The translations under genes and the position numbers were made by a program. DNA of 64,000 nucleotides from a virus. The notes under the pieces were generated by a model. The model was not told the origin of the DNA, searched no databases, and worked only from the letters and a program-made list of their open reading frames with translations. How positions within the stretch are numbered: position 1 is the stretch's first letter; each line of letters starts with the position of its first letter. The stretch lies in the UHGV virus genome UHGV-0057547; one strand, given 5' to 3'. Below are positions 1-10,180 of the stretch, piece after piece.

Positions 1-72
1 GTAAAGAAGAAAATAGTAAAATAATATTAGTAAATAACAAATTTACCTTCTAATTTGAAAGGAGGTGTAATT

Positions 73-629
73 ATGAATAACAAACTTAGATTACCTATTA
101 AAAGATTTGAAAGTACAGATGAAGTTTTAGTTAATACAAACTTTAAAAAAGTTAAAATATACATTATGCATACAGGTGAAAACCTTAATGGTTCTGTATT
201 TTCAGTAGATAGTATAAATGATTCAATAGATACACTTGCAAACATTCCAATATTGGCATTTGTTGAAAAAACTGATGGACAAGATAACAAAGATTTTGCA
301 GGACATGAAACTGATTTAGATATATTTACAGATGAAGATGGAACAATTAAAGTAAGAGAATACTATAAAGAAGTACCTATTGGAGTAATACCTGAAAGTA
401 ATGATTATTTCTTTGAAGAAAAAGATGGAGAAACATACTTAGGGTGTTATGGTTACATATGGAAATGTTATTCTAATGATGCTTATGACATATTAGAAGA
501 AGACCAAGAAAAAGAAGTCTCTATGGAAATTTATATAAATAATTGTTCTTATGATAGAAAACAAAGATGTAATATTAATAAATTTGAATTTCTTGGAGTT
601 ACAGTGTTAGGTGCTAAATACCCAGGAGT
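73..629 (+). CDS. Prohead protease/scaffold-like protein, exon 1. The ORF-track tail to 684 is intronic read-through.
   Basis: RBS GAAAGGAGGTG lies upstream of the ATG at 73. The exon ends at GGAGT, directly before the intron P1/P2 sequence GATTAGCTCCCTATATGG. Confidence 0.45.
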
Positions 630-1022
630 GATTAGCTCCCTATATGGAGTGATTCATATAGCAAACTCTCTGAATTGCTTGTAAATCCTAAAGCTAACTA
701 AACTACAACGTGATTGGAAACAATGGGCGTGAATGTGGCGAAAGCAGAAAAAATTAGTTAGATGGTATATGGTTAAATCCTAAGTACTTTTACAATGGAA
801 GTCTAGCAGGTAAGATTCTAAATTACTATAAGTGATATGAATAAACTTCAACGACTATTGAAATAATTGTAAGAACCTTATTACAATTAAAGTAAAGTAC
901 ATTCAAGTGAATGGAAGTAGAGAGTGTCTTATTTAATTAATGTAAGATAATGATATAGTCTCAACGTTTAGCGAAAGCTAAAGAAGTTCATAAGAGAACT
1001 GCATAAGAATAACGAACTTATG
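630..1022 (+). mobile_element. Group I intron A1, with no ORF
   Basis: P GAATTGCTTG lies near 690, Q GTCTAGCAGGTAAGATTCTAAATT near 815, R AACTTCAACGACTAT at 862 and S GATATAGTCTC near 945. The 3' end carries the shared ...CATAAGAGAAC...AACGAAC motif. Confidence 0.6.
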
Positions 1023-2238
1023 TGAAGATATTGCTATGGGGGAAGATTGTGTACTTAGTATGAATTTTTCTAAAGAAGATAGTGAATATAAAGAATATTT
1101 ATCTTCTGTTGAAAAATTAAATAAATTATTAAAATGTCAAAGAGAGGAGGGATTAAGTGTGGATGTAAATAAAGAAACTTCTACTGTTGAAAACAAAGAA
1201 GAATTTGCTGAAGAAAACAAAGATGAAGAAGTTTGTCCTGAATGTGGTGAAAATCCTTGTGTATGCAAAAAAGAAAATCATGCAGTTAATGATGATGAAG
1301 AAGATAAAGCAGATGACAAAAAAGATGATGATAAAGAAGACGATAAAGACAAAGAAGATGAATCTTGTAAAAAGAAAAATCATGCAACTGAAGATAAAGC
1401 AGATGATGATAAAAAAGACGATAAAGCAGATGACGAGGAAGACGACGACAAAGATGATGATAAATCAGATGAAGAAGATGACAAAGATAAAGACAAAGAA
1501 GATGAATCTTGCAAAAAGAAAAATCATACAGTAGAAGATGACAAAGCAGACTTTGGACTTTCTTTAAATAATACATTTAAAGCTATAAGAAAACAATTAG
1601 AATCTTACACTTATGAATATGTGAGCTATTGGGGTGACACTTATACTTGGAGAAAATATTACGTAGTAGAATTAATCCCTGAAGATTCTGTTGTTGTTAT
1701 AGAAGATGAAGAAGAAAATGAATTCTATGGAGTAACTTATTCTATAAATAATGATGATGTTACTTTAGATTTGGATAATAAAGCATTATATATTCAAGAA
1801 TGGAGACCTAAAGAAACTAGTTCTGCTAGATTTGAAAATACTGATAAAAAAGAAAAATATACTGCTAAAGATGAAATGTATCAAGCAGTTGGAAAAGAAT
1901 TAAAAGAACTTAGACAATTTAAAGCTGATATAGAAGCTCAAGAAGAAAAGGCTCAATTCGATGAAAAAGTTAATGCTATCTTATCACAATTTGAATTCAA
2001 TGAAGAAGAAACTTCTGATTTAGTAGAAAAAGTTTATAACAAATCAATTAATTTAGATATGTTTGAAACTTGCTTATTTGCTTTAGAAGCTAAAAAGAAT
2101 AGAGCAGAAAAAGAAAAATTTGCTAAAATGGAAAAAGAAAACAGTTTAAATATAGTTGATTCTAAAAAAGAAGAACCAGCAAAACCAAAATCAAGATTTG
2201 ATTATCTATTAAAAGAATTTGGAAACAAAAATAAATAA
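1023..2238 (+). CDS. Prohead protease/scaffold-like protein, exon 2 (acidic D/E/K repeat tract followed by coiled coil)
   Basis: The frame is open from the intron's 3' end through the annotated 400-aa ORF. The DDEEDKADDKKDD...ESCKKKNH motif repeats three times. The C-terminal coiled coil is typical of scaffolding proteins. Confidence 0.45.
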
Positions 2239-2257
2239 TAAAAGGAGCATGAAAAAC

Positions 2258-2782
2258 ATGGATGTAAAAAATATAGTTAGATTAGACATAATCGAAGGTA
2301 AACCAAGAACATTTGTTCATAGTGAAAACTTACAAAATGGACTTTTCCTAGAAATAGATGGAAAAGTTGAAAATGCTGTACTAGGAGTTGAAGCTGATTA
2401 TGAAGCTTATAAAGTTAAATTAGCTACTGCTGATACTAAAAGAGCTAATTTATTATTCCATTGCAGTGTTGCAAACCAATACGATGAAAGAAAATTACCT
2501 TGCGAATTTGAATTAGAAGCAGGTAGACCAGGAAGAGGATATCAACCAGTTTTAGGTGATATAGTTACAATACCTGAAGCATTAGTTGCTGATACAGTAG
2601 TTGAAAAAGACGAATTAAAATTAGGAGCAGATGGTAAATTAGCTAAAGCTACTACTGGTGACACTGTAATAGCTGTTGTTGAAGCTAAAGAAGACATAGT
2701 AATACCTATGTATAAATATGAATTTGGAAAACAAGGTGTAGACGATACAGTACAAAAATCATTAGTAATAAGATTTGTATAA
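2258..2782 (+). CDS. Hypothetical head protein, possibly a decoration or head-associated protein
   Basis: ATG at 2258 follows the RBS AAAAGGAGCATG. It sits between the scaffold and capsid genes. Confidence 0.35.
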   Translation: MDVKNIVRLDIIEGKPRTFVHSENLQNGLFLEIDGKVENAVLGVEADYEAYKVKLATADTKRANLLFHCSVANQYDERKLPCEFELEAGRPGRGYQPVLGDIVTIPEALVADTVVEKDELKLGADGKLAKATTGDTVIAVVEAKEDIVIPMYKYEFGKQGVDDTVQKSLVIRFV

Positions 2783-2827
2783 AATATAAAATAAATAAAA
2801 TATAAGATAAAAAGGAGAATGAGACGA

Positions 2828-3267
2828 ATGTCAGAATTAAATATAACTGATGTAAGAGATATGGCTTACAGTCTATATAAAGGTAAAACTGCTAATTTCG
2901 ATGCAGAATCTGCAAATGAAGCTATAAAAAATATAATACTTAAAACAGCTGGATGTGAAGATGGTTGGGATATGTATAAATTCATGGATAACAAATACAA
3001 AGTATTTGCTATAATGAGAGAAATATTAACTCCAGTTGTAGCTGAAAATGTTTTAGCTAGATTTGAATCTTGGGTAGACATAGAAGATATAGCTTTAGGT
3101 GATACTAAAGACTTTGAAGTTATGAACCAAGAATTATTTGAAATAGGATATGTAGCTGATGGTACTTCTGAATTAAGAAGACAAAACTTAACTCATGGTA
3201 AAATTACTATGACTGGTTTCCAATTAGGTGCTAAATTATATACTGAATTTGATGACTTTAGAAGGGG
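2828..3267 (+). CDS. Major capsid protein, exon 1
   Basis: RBS AAAGGAG at 2811-2817 lies 10 nt before the ATG at 2828. The ORF-track stop at 3283 is inside the intron. The 3' exon continues the same protein. Confidence 0.55.
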
Positions 3268-4604
3268 TAACTTAGTTTACTAGACAGCCCCCTATGTTTG
3301 TAAAAAGCATAGCAAATCCTTTTAATTGCTGGAAACTCCTAAAGCTCAATTCACTACAACGTAAGGTTAAATCCTAAGCGTGAATGTTACGAAAGTAGAA
3401 AAAAGTAATTGAGATTACCCAAGGTTAAATCCTAAAGGTGAATGAATGGACAATCAGCAGGGAAGATTTTAATTAACACTTAATTTTTTATAAGTTTATG
3501 AGTATAATATAAATAAGTGGAGGTGATGAAAATGACAAGAAAGATTTGGAATGAAATTACAATAAAAGAATTTATAGAAAATGAAACAAATTATAAATTC
3601 ATATCAATGGTTAAATTAAATGGAATGAAATCAATAGTGCTAGTATGGTGCGGTAATACTAATCATAAACCTTATAAAGTTCGATTTGATGCATTTAAAG
3701 GTACTTCTAAAAAAGAAGGAACGAGATGTGAACAATGTAGAAGAGAAAAGGATACTATTTGGACTAAAGATGAAATTATAAAATATGTAGAATCTCAAGA
3801 TTATAAATTTATAAGATTTGTAAAATTTAATAAATATGCAAGTATAATAGAAATTCAATGTAATAAAGGACACGAATCATATGAAACATACTTTAGTAAT
3901 TTCTATAATAATAGAAGATGTTTTCAATGTCATATAATATGGTCTAAAAAAGATATTATTAATTTTATAGAATCTCAAAATTATAAATTTATAAGATTTA
4001 TAACATATGAAAAAAATAATAGTTTAATAGAGATAAAGTGTCCTAAAGGACATATGAATCAAGTTAGATTTAGAAAATTTAAAGAAGGAACTAGATGCAC
4101 AGAATGTAATAAGTCTAAAGGTGAGGAAAAAGTAAAAGATATATTAAAAGAAATGTGTATAGATTTTAAATCACAATACAAATTCAAAGATTGTAAATGT
4201 AAAAAAGAGTTGCCATTTGATTTTTACATACCTTCATTAAATATTGCAATAGAATATGATGGAATACAACATTTTGAAATATTACCACATTGGGGTGGTA
4301 TTGATAAACTTATAGAAACTAAAATACATGATGAAATAAAAACACAATATTGTAAAAGAAAAAGAATAAAACTTATTAGAATTCCTTATTGGGAATTTAA
4401 AAATATAGAAAACATACTTATAAAAGAATTAGTGTTAAATTAGAATAACCTTCAACGACTAGAGCATAAGCTCGTACACTCAAGTGGGTGGAAATGGAGG
4501 ATACCTAGAAATAGGTAGTGATATAGTCTTGTCTCATGTGAAAGCATGAGCAGTTCATAAGAGAACGGATTAGGAGTAACGACCCTAGTCGAAAATAAAC
4601 GCAG
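3268..4604 (+). mobile_element. Group I intron A2 with an endonuclease ORF in P6
   Basis: P AATTGCTGGAAA at 3326, Q AATCAGCAGGG at 3452, R CTTCAACGACTAGAGC at 4452, S GATATAGTCTTGTCTCATGTGAAAGCATGAGCAGTT at 4530. Confidence 0.7.
3517..4443 (+). CDS. Intron-encoded endonuclease with tandem zinc-ribbon modules and a Vsr/DUF559-like PD-(D/E)XK domain
   Basis: Three modules of the form Y[KT][FL]I..........C..GH......F..G..C..C are followed by LPFDFYIPSLNIAIEYDGIQH...IKLIRIPYWEF. The ORF has its own promoter and RBS GTGGAGGTG. Confidence 0.7.
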   Translation: MEVMKMTRKIWNEITIKEFIENETNYKFISMVKLNGMKSIVLVWCGNTNHKPYKVRFDAFKGTSKKEGTRCEQCRREKDTIWTKDEIIKYVESQDYKFIRFVKFNKYASIIEIQCNKGHESYETYFSNFYNNRRCFQCHIIWSKKDIINFIESQNYKFIRFITYEKNNSLIEIKCPKGHMNQVRFRKFKEGTRCTECNKSKGEEKVKDILKEMCIDFKSQYKFKDCKCKKELPFDFYIPSLNIAIEYDGIQHFEILPHWGGIDKLIETKIHDEIKTQYCKRKRIKLIRIPYWEFKNIENILIKELVLN

Positions 4605-5169
4605 AACTGATTTTGCTGAATGGATAAGCAGATTAGGAAAATCATTTGAAGTTAAAATAGGTGAATATATAGTTAGAGGTATAGAAGATGCTTACTCTAG
4701 TTTAGGTGCTAAATTCGGTGTGACTGGTGCATACCAAGATGAAAAAATGGTTGAATTAATAGAAAGAGTTGAAGCTAAAACTGGACAAAAAGCTACTATA
4801 TACGGAACTAAAACTGCTTTAGCTAAATTAAGAACTGGTGCAGATGGTGCATTCCAAGCATACTTATCAGATAGCGACAAAGAAAACATAAGCAAAACTG
4901 GTAGAGTTGGAGATTACTACGGAACTCCTGTTGTTGAAATACCTCAATCAGTTAACAGAAAAGATGAATTTATGTTAAGTAATAAAATGCTTTATGTAAT
5001 ACCTAACGGAACTAAAATAATAAAATTATTATTTGAAGGCGATGTAGATGTTATAGAAGTATCTGACCCAGCAGTAAGAAAAGATATGCAATTTGAATAT
5101 ATGTTCATGAGAAGAATACAATTAGGTGTTTGTAAAGCTTCTGTTTATGGAATATACAAAATGAACTAA
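4605..5169 (+). CDS. Major capsid protein, exon 2
   Basis: The frame is open from 4561 and the ORF-track GTG start at 4720 is internal. Sequence ...TDFAEWISRLGKSF...VYGIYKMN. Confidence 0.55.
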
Positions 5170-5185
5170 TTTATAAATAGTAAAA

Positions 5186-5220
5186 AAGGGAGGATATAAT
5201 TTCTCCCTCGTATAATTATT
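5186..5220 (+). terminator. Putative intrinsic terminator after the capsid gene
   Basis: GGGAGG...TCTCCC hairpin followed by an A/T-rich tract. Confidence 0.35.
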
Positions 5221-5235
5221 TAAAGGAGAGATAAT

Positions 5236-5826
5236 ATGCGTGAAAGAAAAAAAGATAGATTAGATAAAAAAACAATCAGTGAGATGAAAAGAGATTTAAA
5301 GGATGCAGATATAACAATTAAAAATAATTCTATATTTGAAGTCGTTCTTAGAAGTGATAAAAATGGTGGAAGCTATATATCTTTAAAACCAACTGAAGAA
5401 GAAGATATAACTTTTAGTGATTTACAAAGTATAGTAAAAAAACAAAAGAGCTTATTTGAAGATTTCTCAGTATTAATAGAAGATGTATATTGTCCGAATA
5501 ATGAAAATATTGGTATAGAAGAATTAGAACAAATAGTAGGATTAGGAAGAATTAAAAAAGGCATGGAAGAAATCCCTGATGAAGAGTATTTTGATGATTT
5601 ACTTTCAGCTGACTGTAGTGTAGATGAGTTTTTCTATGAAGTAGATAAAATGAAAATCCAAGTAATTAATAGATTGATTGAAAGAGCTATTTATTTATAT
5701 AAAGAAAAAGAGTTTTCTAATAATTTCAAAATGTCATATTTAGAGAAAAAACTCGGTGTACAAAATGTTTTTGATGATATAGATAGAAGTATGAAGAAGA
5801 TACAATCAGATGTAGATAGATTATAA
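5236..5826 (+). CDS. Hypothetical protein, acidic
   Basis: ORF with RBS AAAGGAGAG upstream. Confidence 0.45.
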   Translation: MRERKKDRLDKKTISEMKRDLKDADITIKNNSIFEVVLRSDKNGGSYISLKPTEEEDITFSDLQSIVKKQKSLFEDFSVLIEDVYCPNNENIGIEELEQIVGLGRIKKGMEEIPDEEYFDDLLSADCSVDEFFYEVDKMKIQVINRLIERAIYLYKEKEFSNNFKMSYLEKKLGVQNVFDDIDRSMKKIQSDVDRL

Positions 5827-5842
5827 GAAGGAGGTGTTCATA

Positions 5843-6301
5843 ATGACACCTGTTTCAAACATATATGCAAGAATATCAGTTCTTATTGAGGATTCGAGAT
5901 ATTGCAAAATATCTGATGAAGAAATTGAGTTTATATTTGAAAAATATATAGAAACTGCAATTGTTCTTTTTAAAGAATTAAATAAAAAATATAAACCTAG
6001 AGTAGTTGAAGATGAATTTGGTGAAAAATTTATTAAGAAAACTATAAATTCTGATGATGAAGATTTAGATTTAGATGAAGAAGTTATATTGGCTCATGGT
6101 ATGATAATATCATGGCATAATAGTGTAGTTCTTAGAGATAGATTCTTAAAACAAAACCTTAATACAAGCGATTTCCAACAATTATCTAATGCTACAATGT
6201 TAGCTAATAATGAAGTTTTACATGAAAGAATTGAAAAAGATTTCATTAAAATGAGGATAAGATACAGAAATAGAGATTGGTCAGGTGATGGATTTGAATA
6301 A
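5843..6301 (+). CDS. Hypothetical protein in the head-tail connector region
   Basis: RBS GAAGGAGG lies 8 nt before the ATG at 5843. Confidence 0.45.
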   Translation: MTPVSNIYARISVLIEDSRYCKISDEEIEFIFEKYIETAIVLFKELNKKYKPRVVEDEFGEKFIKKTINSDDEDLDLDEEVILAHGMIISWHNSVVLRDRFLKQNLNTSDFQQLSNATMLANNEVLHERIEKDFIKMRIRYRNRDWSGDGFE

Positions 6302-7265
6302 TAAAGATTATCTTCAAATATTTAGAAGAAGAATGTATACTAATAGAGTTTGTAATCCATCAGAAGCAGGAACACAGGAAGCGAGAGAAACCTTCGATGA
6401 TTTAATAGATAATAAACTTGCACCAACTGTACATACAGTTCCTTATGTAAAAAGAGAGAATGTTGGAAAGAGTACTAAAGATTGTGAAATCAATGTTTTA
6501 GTTGAAGATACTTCTAAGAATGACCAAAAAACTAATGATGAAAAATATTTTAGCTTTAAATGGGATATGGATGTTAATAGTGGAGATATATTATTTTGGC
6601 ATGGACTATGGTGGGTAATGTATCATGAAGAAAAGAAAGCCGTATTATCACATAAAACTTTTACAGCTAAAAAATGTAATTTTTCATATGCATTTGATTT
6701 TCATGGAAAAAGATATATCATACCAATGTTAGTAACAAACTTAACACTATATAGTGATGGTTTAAAAGACAAGGTTTATATGTCTAATGAAGATGGTAAA
6801 AGAAGATTAACTTTTACAGATAATGAATTAACAAAACCACTTGATTGTGGTCTTAAAATAATGGTTAGTGGTAAAGTCTTTGAAATTACTCATATAGATG
6901 ATTTCAGTAGACCAGGTGTAAAAGATTGTATTGTCGGACAAATTTTTTCAACATCACTGGATGATAAAAAGAATAATCATGCTTATAATAAAGTAAATGA
7001 TGAAGTTGATGAAAGTGGAATTATAGGTCTTGATTATATATATTTAGGTGGTAATGAAGTTTATACAACAAATCATGAAGTTATCAGATGGGAAATAGAA
7101 GCCAAAGATAACTGTGTTTACATAGATACTAAATACAATGGTAAAGGTTGTAGGATAATTTGTACGGATGATATTGATTATATAGGCACTAAGGTTAAAT
7201 TAAAAATAATAAGAAGAAATCAAGAAGATATAGTTAAAGAAATTTTAGTGAAGGGGATGTTTTAG
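6288..7265 (+). CDS. Hypothetical structural protein
   Basis: 326-aa ORF that overlaps the previous stop. Confidence 0.45.
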   Translation: MDLNNKDYLQIFRRRMYTNRVCNPSEAGTQEARETFDDLIDNKLAPTVHTVPYVKRENVGKSTKDCEINVLVEDTSKNDQKTNDEKYFSFKWDMDVNSGDILFWHGLWWVMYHEEKKAVLSHKTFTAKKCNFSYAFDFHGKRYIIPMLVTNLTLYSDGLKDKVYMSNEDGKRRLTFTDNELTKPLDCGLKIMVSGKVFEITHIDDFSRPGVKDCIVGQIFSTSLDDKKNNHAYNKVNDEVDESGIIGLDYIYLGGNEVYTTNHEVIRWEIEAKDNCVYIDTKYNGKGCRIICTDDIDYIGTKVKLKIIRRNQEDIVKEILVKGMF

Positions 7266-7268
7266 AAT

Positions 7269-7769
7269 ATGGCATTATATGGTTATACGAATAAAGTGTT
7301 AGCTGAGATTCATGCACATTTATTAAAACACCCTGAGCTAACAAAATTCTTATATTATACTGATAATGAATATAAAGAAAAAGATATATTAGAACAAGAA
7401 AAACCAAAAGTTAGTGATATAGCAAATAAAAAGATATTCATGTATAAAAGAGTAGAAGAAACAGTTAAAGATGCTGGTGCTTATATGTTTATAGATGTAT
7501 ATAGAATTACTCCTACAACAATTGGGGGTAAAATTAGAGAAGTAACTTTTACAGTAGATATATTAGTTCATCAAGATTGTGTTGATACAATGCATGGTAA
7601 TAGAGCAATTTGTATATTAAGTGCCTTAGAAGAAGCATTAGGTGAATATGTGAAAAAACATTCCATTGGTTCTATTGATTTAATTAGGGTCGCTCCTATA
7701 TTAGGTATAATTAAACAATTCACCGGATACCAAATGCAATTCAGAGCCTATGGATTTAATGGAGATTAA
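7269..7769 (+). CDS. Hypothetical neck or tail-completion protein
   Basis: ORF tightly packed against its neighbours. Confidence 0.4.
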   Translation: MALYGYTNKVLAEIHAHLLKHPELTKFLYYTDNEYKEKDILEQEKPKVSDIANKKIFMYKRVEETVKDAGAYMFIDVYRITPTTIGGKIREVTFTVDILVHQDCVDTMHGNRAICILSALEEALGEYVKKHSIGSIDLIRVAPILGIIKQFTGYQMQFRAYGFNGD

Positions 7770-7772
7770 TAT

Positions 7773-8597
7773 ATGAAAAAGGTAAAGGAAGAAAAATTAT
7801 ATTTTGGTATACCTATAAAGTTTAATGATGAAGTTACTTTATATCAACCAACTTTAAAAGATATAATTTATAGTGACTTATCTTTTGAAGCTTTAGTAGA
7901 ACCATTTATGTCTTTAGATAAAAGAAATTTTGAATCAGAAGAAGAAAATAGTGAATTAGAAAATTTTGATATGTTTTTTATTCAAATATTTACTTCTTAT
8001 CTATCTGTGCTTAAAAATGGTGAAAGTATCACTTTGCAAGAATGGTTAGATTCAGAACTCTCTAAAGGCTTGGTACTTAATAGACTTGTAAAAGTTATTA
8101 AATTTTTGTTCAAGACTGATGATGTTCAAGTTTCAATGTGTGAAAATATCATTGATAAATTGGATGATAACTATATTTTAATCAATAAGTCTTATAAAAT
8201 AAATAGAAGTAACTATGAGGACTTTAAATGGATAATCTGTGATATATTTGATACAGATATGAAAGTAGAAAAGAAACGCCCTCAAACTGAAGAAGAAGAT
8301 GAACTTGCTAAAAGATTCGCTAAGAAGAAAGCAAGTTATGAGAAACAATATGGTAGAGAGGCTAGAGAAGGTAAAAATAAAGACCATTTAACAATTTATA
8401 CTCTAGTTAACTACATAGTAAATAATAAAAATTCTCAATATACTTATGAGAGTATACAAAATTTAACAATATATCAAATTAAAAACACTTTCAAATATTA
8501 TCAAAATCAAGAAAGTTATGATATAGATATCAGATATAGAACCAGTGGTAATTTTAAAGTAGATAAACAAAGTGAACATTGGTTCTTTGATAAATAA
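7773..8597 (+). CDS. Hypothetical protein
   Basis: 274-aa ORF. Confidence 0.4.
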   Translation: MKKVKEEKLYFGIPIKFNDEVTLYQPTLKDIIYSDLSFEALVEPFMSLDKRNFESEEENSELENFDMFFIQIFTSYLSVLKNGESITLQEWLDSELSKGLVLNRLVKVIKFLFKTDDVQVSMCENIIDKLDDNYILINKSYKINRSNYEDFKWIICDIFDTDMKVEKKRPQTEEEDELAKRFAKKKASYEKQYGREAREGKNKDHLTIYTLVNYIVNNKNSQYTYESIQNLTIYQIKNTFKYYQNQESYDIDIRYRTSGNFKVDKQSEHWFFDK

Positions 8598-8638
8598 AAT
8601 ATAAAATAATAAAATAATTAAAAGAAAGGTGATTACAA

Positions 8639-8783
8639 ATGGCTACACTATTTGCTATAAAAGATGCAATAGATTTAAAAATAACTAAAAAAGGTGAATC
8701 AGCAGTTTTCACTACAATAGACTACTTAAATGAATGTCAAATACAAATGGACTCAGAACAAGTATATGCTCTTAAAAAAGGAG
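8639..8783 (+). CDS. Major tail (tube) protein, exon 1
   Basis: RBS AAAGAAAGGTG precedes ATG 8639. The exon ends at AAAGGAG, directly before intron sequence TAATTTGCTCCCTATGTAAG. Confidence 0.45.
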
Positions 8784-10127
8784 TAATTTGCTCCCTATGT
8801 AAGTAAATTGCATAGCAAATCCTTTTAATTGCTGGAAACTCCTAAAGCCTTGCAAACCACAACGCAACTTGAAAAAGTAAACGTGATGGTGACGAAAGTA
8901 GAAAAAATTGTAAGGATTACCCAAGGTTAAATCCTAAAGGTGAATGAATGGACAATCAGCAGGTAAGATTTATATTTATTTTACTTTACTTTTAATAATT
9001 AATTTCGTATAATTTAAGTAAATGGAGGTGGTAGATATAAAATGGACAGAAGATAGAATTAAAGAATATGTTGAAAATCAAGGATATACTTATATAAAAA
9101 GAATTGAAGGAAAAGCAAGTATGTCGATTATAGAAGTTTGGTGTGGAAATCTTAATCATAAATCTTATAGGGTTATGTTTAAAAATTTTAAAGGTAATAA
9201 AGCAAAAAAACCAACAAGATGCCCATATTGTAGTAAAAATAAAAAATTAACCATTGAAGAAGTAAGAGTATTTGTTGAAAAATATGATTTTAGTTTATTA
9301 TCTGTAGAATATATTAATAATAGAACTCCATTAACACTACAATGTAAAAATGGACATATATTTTCAATAAGATTAGATAATTTTAAACAAAGTTTAAAAT
9401 GTCCAATGTGTTATAGACATTATGGTGCTTACACCGAAGATGAAGTTAAGCAATACCTTGAAAGTTTTGGTTATGAATTACTGAATAAATATATAGATAT
9501 ACATAAAAAAATAATAATTAAATGCCCTAAAGGTCATATTTATAAAACTTCATTTAATAGTTTTAAAAATAATGGAACTAGATGTTCTATTTGTAGAAAA
9601 TCAAAAGGTGAAGAAAAAATATCTAAAACATTAAAAGAATTAAAAATAAAATTCATAAGTCAATTTGTATTCGATGATTGTCAATATAAAACATATCTTC
9701 CATTTGATTTTTATTTACCTGAATATAATATATTAATTGAATACGATGGGATTCAACACTATGAACCTGTAGACTTTGGTGGTAAAGGAAATGAATGGGC
9801 AAATAAACAACTCGAATTAACAAAAATAAAAGACAATATAAAAACACAATATTGTGAAAATAATAATATAAAACTTATAAGAATATCTTATTGGGAATTT
9901 GATAGCATAGAAAATATATTAAGTAAAGAGTTAAAAGTAAGAAAATAAATATGAATAAACTTCAACGACTATTCCGTAAGGAAGTAAAGCCACAAGCTAT
10001 TGGTGGAAGAAATGGAGGATACCTAGAAATAGGTAGTGATATAGTCTGTTCTCATGTGAAAGCATGAGCAGTTTATATTGAATGAGTATAAACGATGTAT
10101 GTGTAGCGAACATATGTGAACACAAAG
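8784..10127 (+). mobile_element. Group I intron A3 with an endonuclease ORF
   Basis: P at 8826, Q at 8956 and R at 9963. S GATATAGTCTGTTCTCATGTGAAAGCATGAGCAGTT near 10043. The 3' end is GTGTAGCGAAC...CACAAAG. Confidence 0.65.
9022..9948 (+). CDS. Intron-encoded zinc-ribbon / Vsr-DUF559-like endonuclease (paralog)
   Basis: LPFDFYLPEYNILIEYDGIQHYE...IKLIRISYWEF, preceded by repeated C..C / GH..C modules. Confidence 0.7.
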   Translation: MEVVDIKWTEDRIKEYVENQGYTYIKRIEGKASMSIIEVWCGNLNHKSYRVMFKNFKGNKAKKPTRCPYCSKNKKLTIEEVRVFVEKYDFSLLSVEYINNRTPLTLQCKNGHIFSIRLDNFKQSLKCPMCYRHYGAYTEDEVKQYLESFGYELLNKYIDIHKKIIIKCPKGHIYKTSFNSFKNNGTRCSICRKSKGEEKISKTLKELKIKFISQFVFDDCQYKTYLPFDFYLPEYNILIEYDGIQHYEPVDFGGKGNEWANKQLELTKIKDNIKTQYCENNNIKLIRISYWEFDSIENILSKELKVRK

Positions 10128-10180
10128 ATAACTATATATCATTCTCAAGTGGTAGAACAGGAACATTAACAATGAACTGT
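10128..10180 (+). CDS. Putative mini-exon of the tail tube gene
   Basis: Open frame D-NYISFSSGRTGTLTMNCN lies between two intron cores. Both boundaries are uncertain. Confidence 0.25.

Noticed and set aside
630-684. C-terminal tails of ORF-track proteins (630-684, 3268-3283, 8784-8806, 17167-17196, 19005-19013, 27271-27294, 55139-55141)
   Set aside because: Each reads into conserved intron 5' sequence and stops within a few codons. These are intronic read-through, not true C-termini.
1153-1576. Antisense ORFs (1153-1383 -, 1286-1576 -) and the alternative-frame ORF 1187-1534 +, all overlapping the acidic repeat region
   Set aside because: These are artefacts of the low-complexity GAT/GAA/AAA repeat DNA. 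They have no RBS and fall entirely within the scaffold-like coding frame.
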